Part shown: piece after piece, positions 24,889-33,779 of the stretch
Position numbering within the stretch: position 1 is the stretch's first letter
Layout of the letters: the number at the start of each line of letters is the position of its first letter
NCBI GenBank assembly: GCA_019057375.1
Contig: DXJF01000130.1
Span: 1 to 40,867, forward strand
DNA: 40,867 nt
Source of the DNA: Candidatus Heimdallarchaeota archaeon
GTDB lineage: Archaea; Asgardarchaeota; Heimdallarchaeia; Heimdallarchaeales; Heimdallarchaeaceae
Reading direction: 5' to 3'
Made by a program: the position numbers and the translations under genes
Notes under the pieces: model-generated
Seen by the model: the letters and a program-made list of their open reading frames with translations, nothing else
Database searches by the model: none
Told to the model about the DNA's origin: nothing

Positions 24889-27087
24889 TCATTTACTTCT
24901 TCTTTTAATTGTTACAATTGATATACCAATACAGACAATAATTATTCCCATCCAGAATGAAAAATCTAATGAAGTTGTTGGAAGTGGAGAACCTTCAATC
25001 ATAAATGTATCAGAATCAACAGATTTTACAGTTCTACCCGCATATCTAAAACTAATTTTTATATGATGGTCTCCGAAGTACATACTGAGATCAATTAAGC
25101 CACTTTCCCAGTCATTTGTAGATGGATTATAAAGCATTGAAAATGCATCGACAGTTACTCCTTGTGAATCATATAAGAGAATCATCACAAGAACATTTTC
25201 TGAGAATGAATCCCATGCATCAAGTTGAGTGTAGCTTGCATTTCCCCTTACGTAAATTCCCGTTGATTCACTGTTCAAAGTGAAGGAAGGTTCTTCAACT
25301 GCTAGAATGTGATCAATATTAATCAGATCTACATGTGATTCACCATATTGTGATGATCCAGATGCGATAATTGACACATCATAAGTAGCTTCATCAAAAG
25401 ATTGCAAGGATAGTGTAATGTACCAATCAAGAGATACAGAATAATTCATAGCAAGAATTGTGTAAATTGTTGAGGACCCATCAAACTGGAATTGAACATA
25501 CACATCTACTCCACTTGAATCAGTAATAGGGGTTGAATTTTCATCTAGAATAACTACATTGTACAACGAAAAATTCCAATTTCCACTTACATAATTATAG
25601 CTAAGAGAATCTACTGTAAGAGGGCTACCTGGTAATAATGTAAAATCGATATAATCTGTAGTTCCCAAACCAAACTGATCATTCCCTGCCGAGATTATAG
25701 GTGTTGTTTCTGTCATCAAACTAGTTATTATATATACTTCATCTACAAGCGTTCCATTAAAGAATTCAACAATATCTGTATTTTGAATACTTTTAGTTAC
25801 TGTCCACCCATTCATGTCATGAACAGCGAAAGACATTCCCAAATAAGTTGAAGCTGGATCAGTTGGTTCAAACATAAGGTAATCAGGAGGTGAATTCAGT
25901 TTTGCAACATAAAGCCCATAAAACCGATTTAATTTATTAATTTCAGATGTTGGAACTGTTGAAATCAACTCAGAATCCATTGGAATGTCGAGATTAATAA
26001 ACCCGTATAATCCTCCACCGAATGATGTATCGTCTACATATAATGCAGTTGCCCAATTTAGAAACAAATCATTAAATTCTATAGTATATCCAACGTTTGC
26101 AAGAGCATTTTCAACACTAGGTGCTCCACCAGCCGTCTCATTGACTAAGAAGGTTACTGCATCAATCCCGTATTTCTCAGCTAAATAGAAAATAAAGAGA
26201 TAAGCTCCTCCATAATCAATACGTACATCCTTTCCACCTATGCTCTCATAATTCCAATATAATAGTGAGTCATCAACATTATGAGCAAAATAATCTCGTG
26301 CAAAAACTGTTAAATTATTGACTATATCATATCCATTGAGATATTTAGCAAGTTCAGCACAACCCTCATCAATCCACCAGAATTCATCTGTATCGTAATT
26401 AAAATGAATTAAATGTTGAAACTCATGAGCTAGAACCCCGTAAGTTGTAGAATAATCTACATAAACCATTTCTCTTTGGTTTGAAGTTCCACCAGTTCCT
26501 TCATTATTTGGATCAAAATACCCAGCAACTCCACCATCCAGATCAGATATTAGAATTGTTACATGAGAATCGTCATCAATATCTCCTAAAGTACCATTTG
26601 GATGTCCAAAGAAGAGAATATCATTTGGGTATATTTTTGTTTCAAATTCATCTCTCCAATCTTCTGCTTTTGCTTTTGCATTGGCTATTCCATTCGAAGA
26701 AATTAAACTATTCAAAACATAAACATAACTGTTTGCTCCAATAGCTAGTAATTTAGCAGATCTCTGAACATATGTATAAGGAAATGAAAGAAAGGAATCA
26801 ATTATCCAAAAATCTTGTACTTCATCTATAACATCTGTTTTGACTGGAACACTGAGTTTTGGTAAGTCAGAAACAGGTTGAGGAACTTCTGACAGATATT
26901 TGTATTTCAGAATTTGTGTGGGATTTGTAGGATCACTATTAAATAAATCATAAGCAATCTTTGCATAATCATTCTGCTCTGAATTAATTTCACTGTCATT
27001 TCCTAAAGTGGCATAGGAACTCCCTAAGAGAACTATGAATGCTAAACTAATACTAAAGTAAGTTATTTTCCTCGATCTTTTATTCAT
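24889..27087 (-). CDS. Secreted, C-terminally anchored zinc metallopeptidase (M30/hyicolysin-like zincin)
   Basis: VLAHEFQHLIH...WIDEGCAELA and YGGAYLF motifs; N-terminal signal/TM; C-terminal TM plus KRRSK. The likely start is the ATG at 27087. Confidence 0.85.
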   Translation of the reverse strand: MNKRSRKITYFSISLAFIVLLGSSYATLGNDSEINSEQNDYAKIAYDLFNSDPTNPTQILKYKYLSEVPQPVSDLPKLSVPVKTDVIDEVQDFWIIDSFLSFPYTYVQRSAKLLAIGANSYVYVLNSLISSNGIANAKAKAEDWRDEFETKIYPNDILFFGHPNGTLGDIDDDSHVTILISDLDGGVAGYFDPNNEGTGGTSNQREMVYVDYSTTYGVLAHEFQHLIHFNYDTDEFWWIDEGCAELAKYLNGYDIVNNLTVFARDYFAHNVDDSLLYWNYESIGGKDVRIDYGGAYLFIFYLAEKYGIDAVTFLVNETAGGAPSVENALANVGYTIEFNDLFLNWATALYVDDTSFGGGLYGFINLDIPMDSELISTVPTSEINKLNRFYGLYVAKLNSPPDYLMFEPTDPASTYLGMSFAVHDMNGWTVTKSIQNTDIVEFFNGTLVDEVYIITSLMTETTPIISAGNDQFGLGTTDYIDFTLLPGSPLTVDSLSYNYVSGNWNFSLYNVVILDENSTPITDSSGVDVYVQFQFDGSSTIYTILAMNYSVSLDWYITLSLQSFDEATYDVSIIASGSSQYGESHVDLINIDHILAVEEPSFTLNSESTGIYVRGNASYTQLDAWDSFSENVLVMILLYDSQGVTVDAFSMLYNPSTNDWESGLIDLSMYFGDHHIKISFRYAGRTVKSVDSDTFMIEGSPLPTTSLDFSFWMGIIIVCIGISIVTIKRRSK

Positions 27088-27158
27088 AAAAAGTGACCTC
27101 TTTAGATTATATGTGACAAATATCATTAAAAATGTTCACAATCAAGCAATAATTCTAG

Positions 27159-27989
27159 CTATAATTTCATTGAAATTGCTCTAATTATAATGCTTAACAG
27201 ATAATTAGCTCCAATCATTACAACAGCTAAAATTACCAGTTTTACTGCTGTTAGATTTCTTTTGGCATGTTTGTTTGCAGCTATCATCTCTTTTCCCCAG
27301 AAGGTTTCATCTTCTCTCTTGAATTCCCAATAATCAAGATACTCCTCTCTATCTGATTCAGGATCACAAATCACTCGGATTTTGTCTTTAACCTCTTTTC
27401 CTTTTACATCCTGAGTTACAGCACTAATGAATAAAGATACAGCTTTTTTTGGAGGAGTTTTGAAGACTTTAGGAATATAAATTATATTATTTTCTTTGTT
27501 AACTTTACTTGGAATAGCTTTTTCATTAACATATACAGAAATAGTTTCAGGTTCTATTCTGATCTCATCATATCTAATTCTGATTTGAAACTCAGCTGGT
27601 GTAACCGCTTGATCATCAGGTTCTATTATTCTCATTTTTGGAGGTACATTATATCTACTCAAACCCCCCATGCACCCTCCAACTATCAGTGATGCAGCAG
27701 GGAGATAAAGGAGGGTTGTTTCGAAGATTGCACCACCATTAAATGCTATAAGATCACCTGAATAGAAGTATCCGCCCATAGCAATGAACACGGAGGTTTC
27801 GAAAAAGAACCCACCAACTGCTACTTCTAGAAGTACCCAAAGCAGGGTTTCTATTACTAAAACTATACTTCCCCATTTCAAGCAAAAAAGAGCTATTAGT
27901 TTTATTTTTTCTTTCAGAGTAAGACTCAAGAAATCTGTATCTTTTTTTTCTGTTTTGTTTTTACTAAATGGAAGTCGCATTTTAATCAC
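27159..27989 (-). CDS. Membrane protein with N-terminal TM helices, a beta-rich soluble domain and a C-terminal TM
   Basis: Hydrophobic segments flank an Ig-like stretch (PKMRIIEPDDQAV...ISVYVN...KEVKDKIRV). Overlaps the upstream ORF. Confidence 0.75.
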   Translation of the reverse strand: MIKMRLPFSKNKTEKKDTDFLSLTLKEKIKLIALFCLKWGSIVLVIETLLWVLLEVAVGGFFFETSVFIAMGGYFYSGDLIAFNGGAIFETTLLYLPAASLIVGGCMGGLSRYNVPPKMRIIEPDDQAVTPAEFQIRIRYDEIRIEPETISVYVNEKAIPSKVNKENNIIYIPKVFKTPPKKAVSLFISAVTQDVKGKEVKDKIRVICDPESDREEYLDYWEFKREDETFWGKEMIAANKHAKRNLTAVKLVILAVVMIGANYLLSIIIRAISMKL

Positions 27990-28248
27990 TTACAATGTAC
28001 TTAAACAGTGCAAAAGAATAATAGAACATCAGCAAAGCCAAGTGAACTCCAAATATTGTCCCAACTGAACTGTCATAGGAACCCACATCTATGTTTCCTG
28101 CGGCAGCATATATAAAGACAGTTCCCCCACCAAATAATAACGCTACACTTAATGCAAGAGCAGCCATCATTTTTATAACAACTAGATCAAATTGTCTGTC
28201 TGGTTTTAGTTTACTTGGGGGTGGCTTTCTTTCGGTCATTCTTATCAC
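27982..28248 (-). CDS. Small two-TM membrane protein
   Basis: 88 aa with two hydrophobic helices; overlaps the next ORF by 8 nt. Confidence 0.7.
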   Translation of the reverse strand: MIRMTERKPPPSKLKPDRQFDLVVIKMMAALALSVALLFGGGTVFIYAAAGNIDVGSYDSSVGTIFGVHLALLMFYYSFALFKYIVSD

Positions 28249-28343
28249 TAATTTGGTTTCATCTGCTTTATTTGATATAATCTATTTTCAGTAATGAAAA
28301 TTTAAATTTCAATTACCACAAGATATAACTGTACTCTCTTTTT

Positions 28344-29219
28344 TTATTTCTTTGCCTTTTTCACATCATTAGAGTTGTTTTGATGTAAAACGACTTTACC
28401 ATCTTCTTCATCAATGAAAATCTCGCGTTGTACTTTTAGTTTATCGATTACATGTCTTGGTAGTTGAATCCCGCCATAACGGTCAAGATACACATGATGC
28501 ATATCACGGATTGTTTTCAGTTTTTCAGTAGGTGAATAACCAGAGATTCTACCATCTACAATTTGAATCAATCTATCTGTTGATTTAGCAACATCGAAAT
28601 CATGAGTAACCATAATCGCAGTGATTCCATGGGTTTCATTTAGATGTTTGAAGTATTTTAAAAGTTCTCCTGCAGTTTTAGAATCAAGTTCTCCTGTTGG
28701 TTCATCTGCAAGCAAAAGTATTGGATTATGGGCGAGAGCACAAGCTAAACCTGCTCTTTGTACTTCTCCACCAGATAACTGACTTGGTTTATGTTTTAAC
28801 CTTTTCTCCAAACCTACTTCACTTAGTAATTCTTTTGCATCTTTTATTCGCTGTTCTCGTGGAATACCAAGTAATCGCATAGGAATTTCCACGTTTTCCA
28901 AGATATTAATCTCCCAAATTAAGTTTCTATTAGGGATTTGCCATAAGGTTCCTACATTATATCGTCTATAAAGACTTCTTGAATCCTCAGTCAGTTGGTC
29001 CAAACGAACATCCCCTACACTAATTTGACCAGCAGAGGGTTCAGTCATTCCTGCTAGAACTAGCAGAAGAGTGGTTTTTCCACTTCCTGAAGGACCGATT
29101 ATTGAGATGAATTCTCCTTGATTAATTTCGAGTTCTATCCCCCTTAAAGCAGGAACTCTTAAATTGAATTCTTTAGTGTGGTAGATTTTTATCAAGTCTC
29201 GTACTTCTATAAATGTCAT
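28344..29219 (-). CDS. ABC transporter ATP-binding protein (LolD/MacB type) with a C-terminal AbrB-like extension
   Basis: GPSGSGKT, LSGGEVQR, LLADEPTGELD and THD motifs; tail VYLDRYGGIQLPRHVI. Confidence 0.95.
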   Translation of the reverse strand: MTFIEVRDLIKIYHTKEFNLRVPALRGIELEINQGEFISIIGPSGSGKTTLLLVLAGMTEPSAGQISVGDVRLDQLTEDSRSLYRRYNVGTLWQIPNRNLIWEINILENVEIPMRLLGIPREQRIKDAKELLSEVGLEKRLKHKPSQLSGGEVQRAGLACALAHNPILLLADEPTGELDSKTAGELLKYFKHLNETHGITAIMVTHDFDVAKSTDRLIQIVDGRISGYSPTEKLKTIRDMHHVYLDRYGGIQLPRHVIDKLKVQREIFIDEEDGKVVLHQNNSNDVKKAKK

Positions 29220-29227
29220 TTTATCAC

Positions 29228-32200
29228 CTAAGCAGATTGTCTTAATTCAGTTCCAATTTCTTGTTTTGAAGAACTTACAGTAGGTATTGCTGCTCCAACC
29301 AAAGCAGTTACAAACAGGATTGATAATACTAATGCTATTTGCCCAACTGGAAATGTCATTGAATACGGTGGTATCGTTCTATTAATCGCTAATATTGCCA
29401 TGAGCATTGTAGAAGAGATATAACCAACAATTAGACCTACAATTGTTGTGAAAGCGAGTAAAGAGATATAAACAGAGATATAATACTTCATCAGTTGTCT
29501 AGAAGAAATACCTATGGCTTTCATTGTGGCGATTTCTTTTGATTTATCGATTAATTGAATGGAAGCGAACAACGCAAGAATTATTGCATTAATGGTGAAT
29601 GACATTAGGAGTGTTGAGTTAATAGCTGAGTAAAGAATTGATGATCTGGGGCTATCAGGACTTACGAACACTTCTCTTTCAACATCATATATGAATCCAG
29701 TGCTAAAGGAAGAGATTTCATCAGCAACATCAGATATGTCTGCTCCATCAGCGACTTTAACTAAAAGATAACTTATCACATCGAAAGGAGCTACTTGAAT
29801 GTAGTTCAAGACGTTAATTGGTGCTACAAAGTGGAAAACCTGTGATCGGACATTAGTAGTCAATATATCATTAACAAGAACTGGCCAGTACTTGAAAGTG
29901 TCCATGATTCTAAGAGTTATATTCTCATCCCAATATGGAGTACCAAGTATTGGACGCATACTTTCATTATAAGCTCTATATGTTATTGGTCTATCTTCCC
30001 ACGGTTTGATATCGTAAACAGCTATTTCATCCTCTTGGGCAAGTACAGATTTTGGAGCTAGCTCATTAGAAGTATTAAGCTCATTAATAAGCTCAATAAA
30101 CTCAAATTTACTAAAATCATCTCTGAAATATGCCGTTTTATTATAGCTAATTGGGTCAACAATTAAGACTGAATATGTTAAGGCAAGATCACCTTGAACA
30201 TTATCTAAGTTGATCAAGCGAACAATTGAAGTAGATTCAACAGAGGTAAGATTATCTATTGTTGCTTTTAGGATGTAATCATCAACAGGAAAATCTCGTA
30301 TCATAATATCTGACCCAACATCATAATAAGCACTATTCAGGTTGTAATTTTGATAAGTGAATGGTACAACAATTGATGCGACAACGAGAGAAAATGATAA
30401 GCTGAGAATTATTGAAGACCTAGCAAAACTTTTCTGATATCTACTTATCTCTCTTACACTGAGAGAAGAAATGTCCATTTTCAATCTAGAAGTTAATTTA
30501 ATCAATAAGCGAGAAAATAATGGTAAAAATCTTTGGAATAAAAGTATTAAACCAAAAATCATCAAAATTGTAGCAGGGATTCCTATATATCGTGCAGTAG
30601 ATTCCTTATGGGAGGTTAGTATAGGTAATTGATAAACTATCCATACTGTGCCTGCTAAGAGTAATAGAACAATATCTATAAAGTACTTATAAAAGCGAGG
30701 TAGTGACTTCTCTACTTTACCATAATCATCAATATCTCTCTTTCTCAGTAGTGTTATTGTATTGAAAAGTTGAATAAATAATATAGCTCCAATACTGCCT
30801 AAAACAGCGACAATTACTGAAGAAAGCTCTATTCTCAAAGGAGAAGAAGAGTTTGAAAATTTCAAGAAACCTGAGCTTCTAGTTAATAAGGATGCAATAG
30901 GCGTTCCTAGAAAAATACCCACGAACAAAGAAACTCCTCCTACAATTAGTGATTCTAAGGCTAGATAAGAACCAATCTCTCCTCTGTTACTTCCTCTTTC
31001 AGTTAAGATTGTTAATTGTCTATCTCTTTTCTTTCTTACTAGATTGGCAGCATACACTGTCAGTATAATAGTTAATGCCATAATGGGAGCAAGAAAGGAA
31101 AACATGAAAGTTTGATATAATTCATATTCATCTTTGAAACTTTCCATTAAATCGACGAGATAAGAATTAATCCTAGCATTATTAATACCCCCTAAAGTTT
31201 GATACCATTCCTTTAGTTCAAGCCCTATTGTTTTGAGAATAGTTATTTCTTTGTCAATCTGAAAAGCATCAATTAATGATATATCATAGAATAAATTTTC
31301 AAAGACAGTTCCTTGACCATATGTTAGAGCAATATCGTTGTTTATATTTGCAGCAGGTATCCATCGGGTAAACAGAGCTAAATTATCTTCTAATTCCAAC
31401 ACATATTCAAGGGGTATACCAATTGTAGATTCGATTACATTATAAACAGGAAGATCGTCCAAAAAGACTATCCCAGTAATATTGACAGTTGTTTGAGCTC
31501 CAGGAACTGTAAGAGAAGCACTTTTGTCTAAAGCAACTGGAATATAGAGGGGAATTATTGAACCATTTCTGAAAGTTGTATGGTTATAAAAATCTCTAGT
31601 CATAAGAGCTAGAGCTTCATTATCATTCTCAGGTGCTTGACCGTATGCAATATTACTCTCAATGAAATACCTCAATTTAAGATCGGACCCATACAATTGC
31701 ATATTCGGAAAACTCGTGACATTAGTTGTAGGGTCAAATGATTGCGTGAAAGACGCCAATTTAAAAAACAAATCTCTTTGTGGAACTCGATAAGTCATAT
31801 CAATGAATTCCATGGCATATTTAGCAACATTGTCAATACTATTATATTGATGATATGATGCTTCAATCGGTATACCGGCTATTTCAACTTGGATAAATCT
31901 TCGAGGTTCATCAGCCAAATAAAGATCAAAAGCTTGGAATTGATAAGAATAAATAAAGAAAACGTATTGTGTTATCACAGATACAGCAAGAGTTACACCT
32001 ATTGCTGAAATAAGTGCATATTTCCACCCAGCTTTAAAGAGTGGTTTGAAGAGATGAAGACCAGGAGAGAAAATGAGAAGAAAGACATCTACTATAGGGA
32101 GAACTATAATTAAAACAGGTAATAATACCCATAGCATTATATCCATGACAATCTGAAAATCAGGTTTTCCACTTAATTTTGCATCGGATAAGTTTCGGAA

Positions 32201-32350
32201 ATATGTCTTAGTTAGAATGAAGAAATTTTGTAAAATGTAACGACGTGATTTTCTAGGAATGTCATTCGCTCGCTTCATTATCCCCAGACTATTATAAACA
32301 CCTATAAGCCTTTTTCTTTCACCAGTTACGCCCTTATATTTTTTGCTCAC
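29228..32350 (-). CDS. FtsX/MacB-family ABC permease with duplicated architecture
   Basis: Two FtsX signatures (KRDRQLTILTERGSNRGEI and KSKEIATMKAIGISSRQL), large extracytoplasmic domains, adjacent ATPase gene. Confidence 0.9.
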   Translation of the reverse strand: MSKKYKGVTGERKRLIGVYNSLGIMKRANDIPRKSRRYILQNFFILTKTYFRNLSDAKLSGKPDFQIVMDIMLWVLLPVLIIVLPIVDVFLLIFSPGLHLFKPLFKAGWKYALISAIGVTLAVSVITQYVFFIYSYQFQAFDLYLADEPRRFIQVEIAGIPIEASYHQYNSIDNVAKYAMEFIDMTYRVPQRDLFFKLASFTQSFDPTTNVTSFPNMQLYGSDLKLRYFIESNIAYGQAPENDNEALALMTRDFYNHTTFRNGSIIPLYIPVALDKSASLTVPGAQTTVNITGIVFLDDLPVYNVIESTIGIPLEYVLELEDNLALFTRWIPAANINNDIALTYGQGTVFENLFYDISLIDAFQIDKEITILKTIGLELKEWYQTLGGINNARINSYLVDLMESFKDEYELYQTFMFSFLAPIMALTIILTVYAANLVRKKRDRQLTILTERGSNRGEIGSYLALESLIVGGVSLFVGIFLGTPIASLLTRSSGFLKFSNSSSPLRIELSSVIVAVLGSIGAILFIQLFNTITLLRKRDIDDYGKVEKSLPRFYKYFIDIVLLLLAGTVWIVYQLPILTSHKESTARYIGIPATILMIFGLILLFQRFLPLFSRLLIKLTSRLKMDISSLSVREISRYQKSFARSSIILSLSFSLVVASIVVPFTYQNYNLNSAYYDVGSDIMIRDFPVDDYILKATIDNLTSVESTSIVRLINLDNVQGDLALTYSVLIVDPISYNKTAYFRDDFSKFEFIELINELNTSNELAPKSVLAQEDEIAVYDIKPWEDRPITYRAYNESMRPILGTPYWDENITLRIMDTFKYWPVLVNDILTTNVRSQVFHFVAPINVLNYIQVAPFDVISYLLVKVADGADISDVADEISSFSTGFIYDVEREVFVSPDSPRSSILYSAINSTLLMSFTINAIILALFASIQLIDKSKEIATMKAIGISSRQLMKYYISVYISLLAFTTIVGLIVGYISSTMLMAILAINRTIPPYSMTFPVGQIALVLSILFVTALVGAAIPTVSSSKQEIGTELRQSA

Positions 32351-32400
32351 ATCTTGCTAGAAATCTCACAAGTGATTATTATTGTCGGAATTATTGGAAA

Positions 32401-32442
32401 ATTCGAATAATTCGAATGATACGAAAGGTTCAAATATTCGAA
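32401..32442. promoter_or_regulatory. Cluster of TTCGAA palindromes, candidate operator
   Basis: ATTCGAAT at 32401-32408 and 32410-32417, plus GTTCAAATATTCGAAC (32428-32443), between the divergent permease and AAA+-wHTH starts. Confidence 0.45.
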
Positions 32443-32471
32443 CAATTCAGATGTTGTCTGGATAATATTTT

Positions 32472-33704
32472 GTGATTATCATGGATAAGTTCGAGAAGCT
32501 AGCTTTGGAGGCAATAGAAGAGAGTAAAAGCAGCTCTTATACGCCTCAAGATCCTTTTGTCTCTTTTGGCTTTGATGCCAATCCGTTTCTTGAAACATCT
32601 ATAGAAGATTTACAGAATGAAGAATGTATTGAATCTCGTTTTAGAGTGGTTATCAAGTACATCAATAAGGTTTACAATAGCTTTCTTGACACTTATAAGG
32701 AAAAGAAGAAAGATTCTGATACCGCGATAATGGATGGCGTTTTGTTTGGTTCAAGTCAATCAGGTGTTAGTACATTAATTTCCTTAGTTCATCAATACTT
32801 GATAAAAGTTCACAAAGAATTAACTAACACTGTTTTCTCAGATGCCAAAGAATTAGTTGAATTTGAAGACAACCAATATTCTATCGCTAAAACGATTCAG
32901 AATTTTAGAAATTTTATAGGAAGTCAGAATACAGGAGGCGATACTATTTCACTACTCATTATAGATCATGCTGATTTCTTAATTGATTTCTTTGAAGACT
33001 TCAGATACGCACTAGATAGAGATTTTCAGAATACACCCATAATATTTGTTTTCTCTCAAGGCGGATGGACAAGGTTAAAGAATCAGCTTGCGTTTTCTGA
33101 TTATGATTTAATCAATAGTATGGTACCAAGTCAACAAATTAATTCCTTAAATGAAGACGAGATATTTGAGATTTTAAGTCTAAAATTAAGCAAGAATAAG
33201 CAAATTCTAAATCCTTTCACCAAAGAAATACTTCAAACAATTTCAAAAAAAGCTAGTGGAAGTCTGTTAAATGCCATAAAGATTTGCACTAAAGTTTGTG
33301 ATGAATGTTTCTACAATGGTCTAGATATCTCTTCTTTGTCCCTTATTAATGATGTTACATCATTTCTAGCCATTGATGTGAACAAGGAGTTCTTTGATCT
33401 TGTGACACTTAATGATAATACTCAAACCTTTATTCTTGCTCTAATTACGATGAAGTCTACAGCTTATGATTTTGGTATAACGTATGATGACATTGTTACT
33501 AATTTAGGGATACAAAAAACTTCAGCCTCCCACCATTTAAAGCAACTTCAAGAAAGACGGTATGTCATAAAAAAGACAGTGAACCGAAAAGCTTTCTACA
33601 GATTGAGAGAGGAACTTAAAACCATATCTGATACATACTTAATGAAAAGTTTTGAACAAAAAGAAACTCATGTAAGGCTCGAAAGTATTTCTAATTTGGT
33701 TTAA
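32472..33704 (+). CDS. Degenerate AAA+/P-loop domain plus C-terminal winged HTH
   Basis: N-terminal FGFDANPF; Walker A-like GSSQSGVST (Lys to Val); Walker B-like LLIIDHAD; wHTH ITYDDIVTNLGIQKTSASHHLKQL...KAFYRL. Confidence 0.75.
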   Translation: MIIMDKFEKLALEAIEESKSSSYTPQDPFVSFGFDANPFLETSIEDLQNEECIESRFRVVIKYINKVYNSFLDTYKEKKKDSDTAIMDGVLFGSSQSGVSTLISLVHQYLIKVHKELTNTVFSDAKELVEFEDNQYSIAKTIQNFRNFIGSQNTGGDTISLLIIDHADFLIDFFEDFRYALDRDFQNTPIIFVFSQGGWTRLKNQLAFSDYDLINSMVPSQQINSLNEDEIFEILSLKLSKNKQILNPFTKEILQTISKKASGSLLNAIKICTKVCDECFYNGLDISSLSLINDVTSFLAIDVNKEFFDLVTLNDNTQTFILALITMKSTAYDFGITYDDIVTNLGIQKTSASHHLKQLQERRYVIKKTVNRKAFYRLREELKTISDTYLMKSFEQKETHVRLESISNLV

Positions 33705-33779
33705 TTGGTTATTCTAAAGTATAAACAACATTTAACTTATCTTTATCACAAATAAAAAATAAGAAAATGGAAGGAGATA

